Numbered from the stretch's first letter, positions 1 through 14,614 are shown. The stretch is DNA of 64,000 bases from the human T2T-CHM13v2.0 reference genome, Homo sapiens (GCF_009914755.1 NC_060926.1), one strand, 5' to 3'. Numbers and translations: made by a program. The notes: a model not told the origin generated them from the letters alone.

Positions 1-160
1 TCTTTATAATAGAATACTTTATATTCCTTTGGGTATATACCCAGTAATGGGATTGCTGGATCAATGGCATTTCTGGTTCTAGGTCTTTGAGGAGTTGCCA
101 CACTGTCTTCCACAATGGTTGACCTAATTTACATTCCCACCAACACTGTAAAACATTCCT
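1..160 (-). mobile_element. L1 (L1PA-type) fragment, cut by window edge
   Basis: gggtatatacccagtaatgggattgctgg...cacaatggttgacctaatttacattcccacc is the L1 ORF2 3' end, reverse complemented. Confidence 0.85.
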
Positions 161-396
161 ACTTTGTACCTTTGCTGGATCCTATCTAAATTCTCTACTC
201 AGAGCTATACCATTAGTTTTCTTTCAGCATGCCAACAAGAACCAGGAGAATTCATTATGTACATATGGAAGTGTAAACTACTTTTTATTTCTCCACACCC
301 TATAAATTTTTTTTTCCTACAACCCTGGAGAAAAAAAAAGTCAAAAAAATTTTTATTAGGCTTTTAAGTAATATGTCATCATGGTAAGTAACTTAC

Positions 397-433
397 CTTG
401 TAGGCCAGATTTCTTCAGCATTAACTTTAAACA
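397..433 (-). CDS. USP40: USP40 exon 19: CLKLMLKKSGLQ
   Basis: 37 nt, phase 0-1, cag|TGT...G|gtaagt. Confidence 0.88.
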
Positions 434-1754
434 CTGTAAAGAAAAACAATGTCCAATGTTAGTTTTCTGTTTCTGAGTTACAGTTCTAGGACAAACACCC
501 TTTTTGGACCCTAGGCCTATTTAAGTCTGACTATATTTAATGATTCTTGAATAGGCAAGGATAGACATAGTTAAGAAGATAATACACGAGTCAGCTTTCC
601 TTTCTAAAGGCTAGATGGGGCCAATTCAGGAAGAGGAAAAAGCAGTTTCTGGTGTTTGCAAGCAGGACTTAGTTCAAAGTTTCATCCACCAACTCCCAGG
701 TTTGAACCATGACTTTCTTCCTGTAAGGATTAACTGTGTGTCTTTGGCCAGATATGATTAATCAAGTTAATTTCATAGACATTAAACTCTGAATCCTATA
801 AAAGGCGAGATTGATAGCATTTGGGGAAAGTTCTCCCTTCTCTCTTCTCTTTATGACTGTCTGAATTTCCCCGTTTTCCCTAAATATAAAAACTCACAAG
901 AATTGTGCAAGCTGTGATGTCATGGCATAATGCAAAAATGAGACAATATTAACAAAAGTTTAAATAAAACAAAAATAGTAATTAAAACAATTTCTTGAGG
1001 GAAAAACATTGCTAATTAAATCTTGGACAAGCGAGCAAATACAATTTGATTTCTATTACACTAGAGCAAAAGAGAGCAAAAATAAGGAAGTCACTGCTGT
1101 ACTGTTTGTAATAAAAGAAAAATGGCAAAAAAAACCCCACCAAAATACACATTAATGGGAGATTTTTTAAAAAGTAGGAAATGTCTTAAAGCAGTTCAAA
1201 GAAAAAAACAGATTCATATATATTGGTCTTAAAAGATCTTTAAAATATTTTAAGTGAAACAAAGTTCTAGTATAATACATGCAAAGTGATCCCATTTATA
1301 ATTTAAAAGAAATCACAGAAGCAAAGCACACTCTTCATTTCTATATGTATGTATATAGACACATGCTGGTATAGGCACAGCAAAGGTCTGGAGGGACACA
1401 TACTCTGCTGATGTGGATAAGATGATGTTATCTGATTGCAACAGTGACTTCTAGAGAAAGGACTAGAATAGAGTGGTAACCAAGGGGGATTGTTAATCCC
1501 CTAGAAGTTTAAAAAGTGAGAAGAAATCCATGATTACTTGTATGACAAAAAATAAGGCTTTAAAATATAATTATAGATTGTTTAGAAAATGATGATAAAA
1601 ACACAGTATACTAAAATATGGTGGATGAATGAAAGCAAGCTTATATTCTAAGAAAACTTAAAGCCTTAAACATTGTATTTAAGAAAAACAATCAAACAAT
1701 TGAGCAATCAACTTAATTGTGTTTTAGGAAGGGGAAATAGAGAGCATAAAAGCC

Positions 1755-2720
1755 TTATTTCAGAAACAGCAAGAAGGCCAGTGTGGCTGAAGCACAGTGA
1801 GTAAGAGGGGGAAATGGTTGGAGGTTTGAAAATATAACAAAAATGATACCAGAGAACCAGATCACATAGGCCCTTGTGCAGACATTCAAGACTTCACCTC
1901 TTACTCTGGGTAAAATGGGAAACCACAGGAGGGTTGTGAGTATAGGAGTGACTAATCTCTCTTACATTTTAAAGGATCACTCAACTTTTTATAAGAACAG
2001 ACCCTGGGAAGTGCAAGGCTATAAGGAAGGAGATCAGTTAGGAAGCTGATGGATGAAATTCATTTCAGATGAAAAAGATGACAGGTTTGACAGGGTGGTA
2101 GTAATGAACAGAATGAGATGTGGTCAGATCCTAGATGCATTTTGATGGTAGAACCAAAAGATGTCCTTGTGAAACTGAATGTGAAGTAAGAAAGAGAAGA
2201 ATCAAGGATGACTTCAAGGCTTTCAGCCTAAGCAAGTAAAAAATGGAGTTGCCATTAACTGAAAAAGAGAAAAATATGAGCGGGTTATGTTTCAGGGAGA
2301 ATAAGAAGAGCTTTACTGTGAATATGTTCTAGGTTTGGATGATTGTTAGACAACCAAGTGGCAGCTGGATGTTCTGGGCCGAGGTCCAATCTAAGAACTG
2401 GGCAGCAGAATGCTCAAAGATAGAGAAGAGGAGGAGACAGCAAACTGAGAAGGGTAGGCCAGTGGGATATAAGGAAAACCTGGAGTTGTGGTCTTCTGGA
2501 GCCCAGTGACAAAAGTGTTTCAAAGAATAGAGTCATCAGGTACATCGAATGTTGGTGATAGAGCAAGTAACATGAAGAGTAAAAACTGCTCACTGGACAT
2601 AGTAATGTGGAGGCCACTAATGACCCTGACATAAGCTGTTTCAGTGACATAGCAAGGAACAAGTCTGCCTGCAAGGGGTTCAACGGAGTACAGAAAGGAA
2701 GATACATCACTTTTGAAAAG
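1755..2720 (-). mobile_element. L2 LINE fragment
   Basis: aaggccagtgtggctgaagca, tcaaggatgacttcaagg, aatggagttgccattaactga are typical antisense L2 motifs. Confidence 0.75.
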
Positions 2721-3037
2721 TTTTGTGGTTTCTTTCCTTGAAATTAAAAAATGTAAAGTTAAAAAGGCCAGTAAAAAACTGGGAAAATACCTGCAGAAAA
2801 TAGTAAAATGATCCTCAAATACCCATCACCCAGTCCCAATTACAGGTTGAGTATCCCTTATTTGAAATACTTAGGACTGGAAGTGTTGGATTTAAAAAAA
2901 ATTTTTGGAATATCTGCATTATACTTACCAGCTAAGTAACCTCAATCCAAAAATCTAAATATGAAATGCTCCAATGAATATTTTCTTTGAGTGTCATGTC
3001 AAAGGGTCAAAAAGTGCTCAAAAAGTTTTGGATTTTG

Positions 3038-6000
3038 CAATCTGGCAGTGGCCCTGCCTCCCCAGAGAGAGCGCTGCACAGCTGCCTGACCCACACATGT
3101 TTGCACCCAGCCCAATAGCAAGTGTGGCAGTATCCCCCTCCCCAGAGAGACCAACACACAGCTATGCTCAGGTTGTGCTTGGTAGCAGCACAAACCAGCA
3201 TCCTTTCCTCCACCAAACCATGTCACCTCTGTCACAAACACCCGTAACCTAGGAAATTGAGGCAACTGCACACATCATTAATGAGGATTACAGCTGAAGA
3301 ACTGGCATAGGGATCATGCTACTGAGCCCACCAAGAACCAAAGCCAACAACACATCATTTCCAACAGACACCCTAGAATCCATCTATAGGAAAAAGCTCC
3401 TCCCTACAATAGCTACTCCATAAAATTGGAAAAAGTAAGTGTTCAAGTAAATGTGAAGATATCAACATAAGAAGACAAGAAATATGAAGGGCCAAGGAAA
3501 GATGATATTCTGAAAGGAACACAGTAAGTCTCCAGTAACAAACCCCGAAGAAAAGTATATTTATGAAATGCCTGAAGAGAAATTCAAAACAATGATCTTA
3601 AGGAAACTCATAAACAAGAGAATACAGACAATCCAAAATTCAACAAAATCAGAAAAATTCATTCATAATCTGAATCAGAAATTCATCAGAGAAAGAATTT
3701 CTGAACTTGAAGACAGGTCTTTTGAAATAACCCAGTCAGAAGAATAAAAAGAATTAACAATTTAAAAAGAATGAAGAAAGCCTACAGGACCAACAAGACA
3801 CCATTAAATGAACAAGTTTTCTCATTGTAGAAGTGCCAGGGGGAGAATAAATGACAAAAGACACAGCGTATCTATTTAATTAAATAATAGGTGAAAAATT
3901 CCCAAGTCCAGGAGAGATATGGACATCCAGATCCAGAAAGCTCACAGGTTCCCCAATTAGATTCAACACAAAAAGATCCTCTTTGGGCACTTTATAATAA
4001 GACTCTCAAAAGTTAAAGACAAAAAGAGAATTCTGAAAGCTACAAGATAAAAGCATTAAGTCACATATAAGGAAATCCCCAGTAGACTATCAGTGGATTT
4101 CTTAGCAGAAACCTTGCAGGCCAGAAGAAAATGGGGGTAATATAGGAAAGAAAAAAACACTGTCAGCCAAGAATATCATATCCAGCAAAGCTATCCTTCA
4201 GAAATAAAGGCGAGATATAAATCTCAGATAAGCAAAAAGCTAAAGGAATTTATCACCACTAGACCAATCTTACAAGAAAATACTTAAGGGAGCACTACAA
4301 CTGGAAACAAAAGGATGATAATTACTATCATGAAAACACATGAAAGTATAAAACTCACAAGTATAGGTAAATTCATAATCATACTTGGAATACCCCAGTG
4401 TCGCAATGGTGCTATATAAATTTATCAATCCTCTTCCATGAAGGTTTAAAGTCAAAATAGCCAAAAACAACAACAGTTACTATTAGTGGCTAAGGACACA
4501 ATAAAGATGTAAATTAAGGCAACAAAAATATAAATTGTAGAGGGAAGGGAAAAAATTCTAGACTATTTTTATATGACCAAAGGTGAGTTGGATACAGCTT
4601 AAAATAGTCTATTATAAGTACAAGACTCTCTATCTTAGTGCAACAGTAACCACAAAGAAAGACATGACAGAAAATACACAAATAAGAAAAAGAAACAAAG
4701 CTTAGCACCATAGACAACCATCAAACCACAGAAGTAAACAACCAGAAAGGAAGAAAAAGATCTACAAAACAACCAGAAAACGATTAACAAAATGGCAGGA
4801 GTAAGTTCTTACTTATCAATAATAACCTTGATTAAATTCTTCAATTAAAAGATATAAAAGTGACTGAATGGGTTAAAAAAAAGAAGACCCAACTATATGT
4901 TGCCTAAAAAAGACTCACCTCACTGTTAAAGACAAACATAGACTGAAAGTGAAGGGATGGAAAAAGATAGTCCATGCAAATAGAAACCAAAAGTGAGCAA
5001 GAGTAGCCACATTTATGTCAGGTAAAATAGACTTTAACTCAAAAACTGTAAAAGGTCATTATAATTGATAATGGTCATTGTAGAAGAAGGTCATTATATA
5101 ATAACTTGTTATATAATCACTATATATCATTATTATGTCATTTATAATGATATAAAGGGATTCAATGAGAGGATATAACAATTGTAAATATATATGCAAA
5201 CACCACCAGAACACCCAAATATATAAAGCTAATATTATTAGACCTCTAGGGGAACAAGACTGCAATACAATAATAGTAGGGACTTCAACACCTCACTTTC
5301 AATAATGGAAAGATCATCGAGACAGAAAATCAACAAAGAAACATTAAACTTAAACTTCACCATAGACCAAACGGAGCTAACAGATATTTATAGAACAGTC
5401 CATCAACAACTGCAGGATACACATTCTTGTCAACTGCACAGAGAATATTATCCATGATAGAGCATACATTAGACCACAAAACAAGTCTTAATACATTTAA
5501 CAAGACAGAGATCATATCAAGTATTTTTTCTAACCACGATAAAACTAGAAATCAAAAAGAAAAACTTTGAAAACCTTACAAATACATGGAAATTAAACAC
5601 GCTTCCAAAGAACCAATAAGTCAATGAAGAAAGTAAGAGGGAAATTTTAAAATGCCTTGAGACTAAAATAGAAACATATTATACCAAAACCCATGGGATA
5701 CAGCAAAAACAGTTCTAAGAGGGAAGTTCACAGCAATAGATGCCTAGATCAAAAATGAAGAAAGATTTCTACTAAACAACCTAACCATGAACCTCAAGGA
5801 ACTAGAAACATAAGGACAAACTAAACCCAAAAGAAGCAGAAGGGAATAATAAAGCTCAGAGCAGAAATAAACAAAATAGGAACTAACAAAACAATTCAAA
5901 AGAGAAACAAAATTAAAAACTGGTTCTTTTAATAGATAAAATTGGCAAACCTTTAGCTAGACTAAGAAAAAAAGAGTGAAGACTCAAATAAAGTCAGAGA

Positions 6001-8494
6001 TGAAAATCAGACATTACAATTGATACCACAGACATACAAAGGATCATAAGAGACTATTATGAACAACTACTTGCCAATAAATTTAAAAACATAGAAGAAA
6101 TGGATAAATTCCTGGACATATACAATATACTAAGATTAAATGATGAAGAAATAGAAAATCTGAACAGGCCAACAAGTGAGAAAATGCTTTCAGTAATAAA
6201 GTCTTTCATCAAAGAAAAGCTGAGGACCTAATGGCTTCACTGCTGAATTCTACCAAACATTTAAAGAATATCAATTCTCCTCAAACTACTCCAGAAAATT
6301 GAAAAGTTGTGAATATTTCCAAACTCATTTTATGAGGCCAGCATTATCCTGATTCCAAGACCAGATGTAGATTCAACAACAAAAAAAGAAAACTATAGGC
6401 CAATATCCCTGATGAACATAGATGAAAAACTGTCAACAAGGTATTAGCAAACTGAATTTAACAAGCACGTTAAAAAGACCATTCATAATTATCAAGTGGT
6501 ATTCATCCCAAGGATGAAAAAATTCATAAGGAACCACAAAAAAACCCAAATAGTCAAAGCAATTGTGAGCAAAAAGAACAGAGCTGGAGGCACCATACTG
6601 CCTTACTTCAAAATATACTACAAAGCAAAAGTAACCAAAACAGCAGGGTACTGGCAAAAAGTCTGACACATAGGCCAAAGCACCAGAATAAAGAGCCCAG
6701 AAATAAATTCACAAACTTAACAGCCAACTAATTTTTGATAGATGTGCCAAGAACACACATTGGGAAAATGATAGTCTCTTCAACAAATGGTTCTGGGAAA
6801 ATTGGATCTCCACATGCAGAATAATGAGACTAGATTCCCTAACTCTCACTAAATACAAAAATCAACTCAAAATGGTTTAAATGCTTAAATGTAAAACCCA
6901 AAACAATGAAACTACTAAAGGAAAACATAGGGGGAACACTATGACACTGGATTAGGCAAGAATTTTTAAAATAAGCTTTGGTTGCCTCAAAAGCACAGGC
7001 AACAAAAGAACATAGACAAATGGGATTATAGCAAACTAAAAAGCTTTTGTACAGCAAAAGAAACAACAGAGTAAAGAGACAACCTACAGAATGGGAGAAA
7101 ATGTTTGCAAAGTATAAATCTAACAAAGGGAGCTGGGCGGGGTTGCTCACGCCTGTAATACCAGCACTTTGGGAGGCCGAGATGGGCAGATCACTTGAGT
7201 TCAGTAGTTCAAGACCAGCCTGGGCAACATGGTGAGACACTGCCTCTACCGAAAATACAAAAAAAAAAAAAAAAAAAAAATAGCTGGGCATAGTAGCATA
7301 TACCTGCGATCCCAGCTACTTCGGAGGCTGAGATGGAAGGATCACTTGAGCCCTGGGGGTGGAGGTTGCAGTGAGCTGAGATCACCCCACTGCATGCCAG
7401 CCTGGGTGACAGAGAAAGACTGTCTTAAAAAAAAAATCTAACAAAGAGTTAATATCCGGAATATATTATATAAGGAACTTAAACAATTCAACAGCAAAAA
7501 AAAAGTACCTGATATAAAAATTGGCAAAAGACTTTAGTAAACATTTCTCAAAAGACATACAAATGGCCAACAGGTACGCACACAAAAAATGCTCAACATC
7601 ACAAATCATAAAGGAAATGTAAATCAAAACCACAATGAAGTACCATCTCACTCCAGTTAGAATGGCTACTATTAAAAAAACAAGAGAAAACATGTATTTA
7701 CAAGAATGTGGTGAAAAGGGAACATTTATGCACTGTCGGTGAGACTGTAAATTAGTACGGCCATTATAGAAAACAGTACAGATGTTCCTCACAAAAATAA
7801 ACATAGAACTATCATGTGATTCACCAATCCCATTACTGGGTATGTGTCCAAAGGGTATGAAATCAGTGTGTCAAAGAGATATCTGCACTCCCATGTTTAA
7901 TGGAGCATTATTTACAATCGCCAAGATATCAAATCAACCTAAGCATCCAACAGTGGATGAATAGGTAAGGAAAATGTGGTATATATACACAACAGGGTAC
8001 TATTCAGCCATAAAAAAGAATAAAATCCTGTTATTTGTGACAACATGGATGAACCTGGAAGACATCATGTTAAGTGAACGAAGCCAGGCACAGAAAGGCT
8101 GATCGGTAATATGACCTCACTCATATGTGGAATCTTAAAAAAAAAAAAAAAGAGTTGACATCGTAGAAGCAGAGAGTAAAACAGCAGTTACTAGTGACTG
8201 AGGGGGAGATGTAAGGGGAGGATGGGAGAGGGTGGTCAACAGGTACAAAGTTACAATCTAATAGAAGGAATAAGCTCTAGTGTTCTATTGTACAGTAGGG
8301 TGATGATAGTTAACAGTAAGGATTGTATATTAAAAAATAGTTAGAAAAGCTCTTGAATGTTCTCACCACCAAGAAATGCTAAGTGCATGAGGTAATGAGT
8401 ATGCTAAATACCCTGATTTAATCATTATACAACACATATATGTACCAGAATATTAAAATGTACCCCATAAATACGTGTCAATTTAATTTTTTTT
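3038..8494 (+). mobile_element. ~5.4-kb decayed L1MA-type LINE (ORF1, ORF2 with internal deletion, 3' UTR)
   Basis: Collinear ORF1/EN/ORF2 homology and L1MA-type 3' end; degenerate TSD aaaaagttttggattttg (3020-3037) / aaatagtttcagattttg (8495-8512). Confidence 0.9.
7131..7437 (+). mobile_element. AluJ inside the L1
   Basis: Dimeric Alu; TSD aaatctaacaaag on both sides. Confidence 0.92.
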
Positions 8495-8559
8495 AAATAG
8501 TTTCAGATTTTGGAGCATTTTGGATTTTGGATTTTGGGATCAGGGATGCTCAACTCATA

Positions 8560-9780
8560 TTGCCATGGCCAGTTTTATGTGTCAATAACCCACTTTCCCT
8601 GCCCTTGCCCAGAATTTTTTGAAGCAAATGCCAGATATATAATTTCATCTGTAAATATTTATTATGCATCTCTAAAAGATATTTTTAAAAACCTAAAATG
8701 ATTATGACAGCTAAAAAATTAAGAATTTCTTAATACCAGCAAATATCCAACTAATGTTCACATTTCTCTACTTTCTCTTAAATTATTACTTAAGTTCCTT
8801 TGGCTTGAGTTAGGGTCCAAAGAAGTCCATACATTGCAACTGGTTGCTATGTCTTTTAAGCCTCTTTTGACCTATAGGTTGTCCTTGTCCCCTGCAATTT
8901 ATCTTTTGTAGAAGAGTTTTCTGATCTACATTTGGCTAATTGCAGACCTGTGATGAATTTAACCTGTTCCTCTGCCTCCTGTATTTCCTATAAATTGGTA
9001 ATTAGACCTAGAGGCTTATTCAGATTCAGGTCCAGTTGTTTGGTTTTTTGCAATAAGGGCATGGGTATTGTTCTGAATTTCTATGTTGTCTGAGTGTTGC
9101 TCTTTTTTGGGGCTAGCAATCTTTGAGGATCCTTGCCTAGGTTCATTAATTTATTAGGAGTTGAAAAAATGTAAAATTCTAAAATGCCTTCATTTATTAG
9201 TTGGAATATGTTTATAAATAAAACTTATCATTATCTGCTTAGCTACCCTGGGATATAGTTTGCAAGGGAAAAACAGGAAAAAAAATGCTTTATTTTTTAC
9301 CTTTATGATTGCCTAGCATCCATTATAGGTAACTGCACATTTTTGTATAGGATCATTATGAACTCACAGATTTACAGATTTTATGTACTTGTTTCAATTA
9401 ATTTTTATTATTTTTCTCAGTCAAGTTCAAATTGTCTCATCTTTGACTAGTGGGCTCCTCAATCTCTTTGATGATTCCAATGGTCTTGGATAGCGGCTTC
9501 ACTGCTTTCTGTGATGGTAAGATGTTTCAGGCTCATCTTATTTCCTGACCTAGATATATAACCAGCCATTATTCTAAGATGCCCTGGTTCCTGTTTGTAG
9601 AAAATGGTATTTGGCAGCCATAATCTGGGTGCCAGGGGTACTCTGCTGCTACCAGGTTGGTCACTCTTTCCAACCTGTATCAGGGGACAGAGCTGGAAAA
9701 AAAATTTTTTAAGAAAAAATATATGAAGCTCATTCAGATTTTTCTATTTCAAATTCAGGAGAACAGGTTTTTTTAAACCA
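8560..9780 (-). mobile_element. Old L1M (L1MC/ME-like) 3' end fragment
   Basis: gaagcaaatgccagatatataatttcatctgtaaatattt and agccattattctaagatgccctggttcct motifs; appears to continue at ~2790-2840. Confidence 0.6.
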
Positions 9781-10076
9781 CACTGATTTTATTTGTCTCT
9801 CTGTTTTCCAATACTAAAGGTCTCAGTTCTCAATAACAGCAATATAATTATTTACTTTATCACATACACACATATATACAAACATTCATACCACTGTGTG
9901 TGTATATAAATACTAGAAAAAATATGCCAAAATGTTAATATTGGTAGGATAAAGAATAATGATAGGTTTTCATTTTTTTCTTTTAATCAATTTCTGCACA
10001 TTCAACATTTCTATAATAAAAAACTATTATTGATAGAAAGAAAAAAATTGTAATCTTATTTAAAATTTCCAGTTGA

Positions 10077-10382
<306 letters not shown>

Positions 10383-10567
10383 TCCAGTTGGTTCACCAAT
10401 TTTCAAGCTCCCAAAATAATTCCTCTAGTGAGTACATATAATTCTCTGAAGTACACCATATCAGGCCTAGTTTAGGACCTCCAAATCTTAACACAGGATA
10501 CCACTGTTCCTCACAGCAAACATACAAACACACACAGCCTCTGAAAACAAAAGGTAAAATTACTTAC

Positions 10568-10654
10568 ATCTCTCACAGATATTGTTTCTTCTACTACGAT
10601 TTCCATTTCTGTCCCAGGTTGAACGTCACTCCCCATTGCAAAAAACAGGAACAA
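10568..10654 (-). CDS. USP40: USP40 exon 18: LFLFFAMGSDVQPGTEMEIVVEETISVRD
   Basis: 87 nt, phase 0-0, tag|TTG...GAT|gtaagt. Confidence 0.92.
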
Positions 10655-10903
10655 CTAATAACAAGACAGATGTGTAAATGCAATTTAATCTGAATTTAAA
10701 AATCCAATAAATGTATTATTTACTTTCAAAAATGTAAAGCCAAGGGCCCATGAAACTTTAACAAAAAATCTCAATTTATATGAAAATACGACTATGATTA
10801 ATGTTACAATTTAAGCAATAATTATGCCTACCCAGAAGTATAAATTGCTTCATCATCAATGTTTTTTACTCCTAATAAATGTCTCCCACATACACTACTT
10901 CTT

Positions 10904-11222
<319 letters not shown>

Positions 11223-12227
11223 AACATACACTATTTCTTCTACTATGATCTCCATCTCTGTCTTGATCACTCCCAAAAGGAATTTGTAATTACTACACAC
11301 AGTTAGCATTAGTATGTTTTTTCTGAGTCACTTGGTTATGATTTTATTTTCTGCCAAGGGTTTCAAATATTACAATTCTCAAGACTCCAAAGGAAAAATA
11401 CAAATCTGATCTCTTATTCAGTTCCTCATAGCCCTGCTTTTCCTTTCTAACTCAACCTCACTTGTCATGTTTTCCCTCCTATCAGCTTGTCATGCACTAC
11501 TATTTGCTACGGTTCAGGGGAAAGCAAGTTAAGGGGGAAGTGGTTGGGAAAGTAATGAAGTGAATTTGGGAACCATGGGCAACCTGATTTGAGTCCAGAT
11601 TACCCTGCTACAGGGTATTCACAATAAGAATATCCTTATGATTTCTGCACTGTAATAAGCTGATTAGCTGGGTATGGCTTCTGGCAAAGGTCAAACCTGA
11701 TGGTGTTTTATACTGAAAATGGACACTGTTAAAGACAAGGGGAAAGGGAGGCTGCTCTGAGACTATTAGTGCAGAGAGTAATTAAGTCTAAAATTAATAA
11801 ACTGTGTTTCATTCAACCTAAAATGCTACTGAGTGTTAGACTTACTATTTTCTGTACCAGTGCCAGCTATAACTGCAGAACGTCCCTGACTGTAAGATGC
11901 AACCTAATCTCACAGATGTAAAAATGTGAGAAAAAGAAGGTGTATCTTAGAACTTAGGAAATATAGTGGTTGAAAGTGGTGGCCACTCAGCATCAAAGAT
12001 TCCTTTTAACCACAAAATCTTCACAGAAAAAGAAACATAAATATGCTTTGGCATAATATTTTATATTTAAACATCTAGAACTATAAGGATATATTCCTAA
12101 AATAAAATGTATGATTTAAGAAAAAACTTTTAGAGAAAAACAATATTACTGGAGTAGCTAAGGTACTAGTTATAATTCTGGTTATGGAAGGGTTGATTTT
12201 GTTTTGAAACAGGTGACCTTATTTTAC

Positions 12228-12316
12228 CTGAGACGAACTTGGTGCTTTTCCAAGACACAGTCCCAATGAACTTCCCATCTTCAATTCTGCTTCCTTCAAA
12301 GTATAGCTGTCCGGCA
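12228..12316 (-). CDS. USP40: USP40 exon 17: VPDSYTLKEAELKMGSSLGLCLGKAPSSSQ
   Basis: 89 nt, phase 1-0, aag|TG...CAG|gta; resembles the end of a ubiquitin-like fold. Confidence 0.92.
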
Positions 12317-12325
12317 CTTAAAAAA

Positions 12326-13211
12326 ATTTTGATAATATGATGAAGGTTATTAATTCCTAGCTCTCTAAGAAAAATAAATGCTGAAATCAGTATTTCTTTG
12401 AAAATCAAGAATATCAAGAAAGAAGAAAAATGAGTTGCACTTCAGACAAAAGGATTACATGCACTAAGATTAGGTTTGATTTTCAATTTCCATACTCTTA
12501 AGATATTGTCTTCCTGTTTTCTATGTAACAATGCTAAATGGAAGCTATGAAAGTCTAGTTTCCTACTTAATAAAAATGACTTGTTCAAAGAGCTGTTGTT
12601 TATATAGATTAAAAGCCAGATAATCCAAATCAATCCATAAATGAAGAAGTAGCTTCTTCCAAGTTTAAAGTTGAGATTGTTATTACCATCAATAATTAGG
12701 CTCATCCATGACTAAATTAAATCTAATGGTAAGAGGTGATACAGAGATGAGAACTGAAGATTTTATTTCATAATTGGTATCGCAATAAAATTCACAAAAA
12801 AATGGAAAAATTTTGAAAATAAAGCTGGAAAAAATATAACTAGATCAAACCCGTGAGTAAAATGAGAATCGGATAATCAGAAAGAATGGTGTTTCATTTA
12901 GAAAACAGAAGTGTTTGTTTCTGGTTAAGGATTTCTGCAATATAAAGGTAAGATACCTGGAAGAAAATATGTCCTATAAATCAGTTTCCAAAAGGTAATT
13001 TTTAAATATTAGGTATTGGAGGCCACTATTTATCAAGAAAGACAGACGAGTATAAGCCACCTTTTGAAAGTTATCAAAAAGATTTACCTGGACAAAGAAG
13101 CTTCCCATTTCTATCAATAGGTCTCAAACAGCTGTTGTCAGCTATATATAAAAGGAATATTATTTTTCTTAGAGAGCTAGGAATTAATAACCTTCATCCT
13201 ATTATCAAAAT
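12326..13211. repeat. 52-bp inverted repeat (arms 12326-12377 and 13160-13211, 1 mismatch)
   Basis: Direct reverse-complement comparison; ORF track shows IFLRELGINNLH on both strands. Confidence 0.97.
13088..13141 (-). CDS. USP40: USP40 exon 16: ADNSCLRPIDRNGKLLCP
   Basis: 54 nt, symmetric phase 1-1, tag|CT...G|gta. Confidence 0.9.
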
Positions 13212-13356
13212 AAAAGGAAGCTGGTTACAGCATCAAACACAGAAAACAAAAGAGAGATGCTCTATTGTGTTAATTAGCAGAAAACTACAGAAAGCTAAAA
13301 ACAAAAACAAACCAAAAACCCCCCAACAACCAAAGAAAAAACCCCCAAAATAAGTA

Positions 13357-14197
13357 CAGGCAGTCTTTGTTTTGTGCAGTAGTGCAAGACTAAAAGTACC
13401 TGGTCAAACTGTGCAAAACAATATTAATAATCAATGGAAAAATTACAATCGTTCCATGACACTTAAAAATTTTTGTTGAAACATTTAAAACCCTCTTCGT
13501 TATTAATATTATACATGTATTGGGAAAGGAAAAAACAGTAAAACCAATATTTATACTATAATTTAAAATACTAGAATCTTTGAGAATTAAAATGTTTTCT
13601 GTCTTTGTAAATTACATATAAAGAGTCGTTTAAGCAGGGCTTGGTTTCTTCTCATTGCATAGCTTATAATATAGAGTGACATTTTTCCTGTCCTGTGGCA
13701 AACTGTCATACTCCTTTCTAAGTTTGGATCAGCTTCCAATATCTAGAGTCTCTTGAGTGACTGCAGGGTCAACATTCCCAGAGGTAGCTGCTGCTTCTAT
13801 AACTCCATATACTTTTGTTTCTTTGTGTACTTTCTTCTCTGTTGGTCAATTCCCTCTTTTGATTATGTATTCTTGTAAAATGTCATGGTGGGTTTAGCAC
13901 TACAACACAACTACATGCTTTGCTGTCTGTGTAATGAAGTGTACATGCAGTGACAAACCACCAGACTTGAAAGAAATGAAGTCAATGGTTACTGCTTGTG
14001 GTGCACATGTGTTATTTATGTGATGAATTGTGCCCTGAAGAGCTGGCAGTCAAGTGTGTACTTTATTCAGTTACAGTTAATATACCATATACCATGGTTG
14101 CTGAAATTTTAACCATCTTGCTGGGGGATTGATGTTATATAACTAAATGGTAGTAATGAAATTCGTGCATGTCAGAGCAGTACAAGCAGACTGCCTA
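13357..14197 (-). mobile_element. Tigger6-like TcMar DNA transposon
   Basis: TA-caggcagtc ... gactgccta-TA termini; right end matches the recalled Tigger6 start tgcacgaatttca. Confidence 0.7.
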
Positions 14198-14614
14198 TAT
14201 TTAAAATATGTTGGGTGATTTTATGCTTATTAAATCGGCCAGCATGTGCTATGTTTGAGGATACAGATTCTTGCTTTGGAAGAATATATTTCCTCAAGAT
14301 CCCCTGGTGCTTGGAAGGGGCATACCAAGTTTTCAGTTCAAACAGAATTCTTAAAAAGTAGGACATAAATTGGAGGGGTGGGGGAAGGTTGAGTGTTCTG
14401 TATAGACAACAATAGTCTGAGCCTTAGAAGTTCTAACTTTATTAGACCACAGCAGAATCCCTTTCTGAGATTCCTGAGTTCAATATCTTGTATTACAGTA
14501 ATATGAGGCTAGCATACAATTCTCACATAAATCTCTTGTCGACGGAAACAATTTACTTAAAGAGTTCCCCAACTTAAAAAGTGCTTTTAAAATACTGTCT
14601 CTTTAAAATCTGTT

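Larger units (their letters stand above)
2843..8557. mobile_element. Tigger4a/MER46-type DNA transposon split by an L1 (halves 2843-3037 and 8495-8557)
   Basis: TIRs caggttgagtatccct / agggatgctcaactca with TA flanks; ggatttt repeats. Confidence 0.8.

Noticed and set aside
10845-10885. GVKNIDDE on the minus strand recalls a USP40 C-terminal motif (GVKNLLIDDD as I remember it)
   Set aside because: Very short, needs gaps and frameshifts, no splice sites; chance is likely
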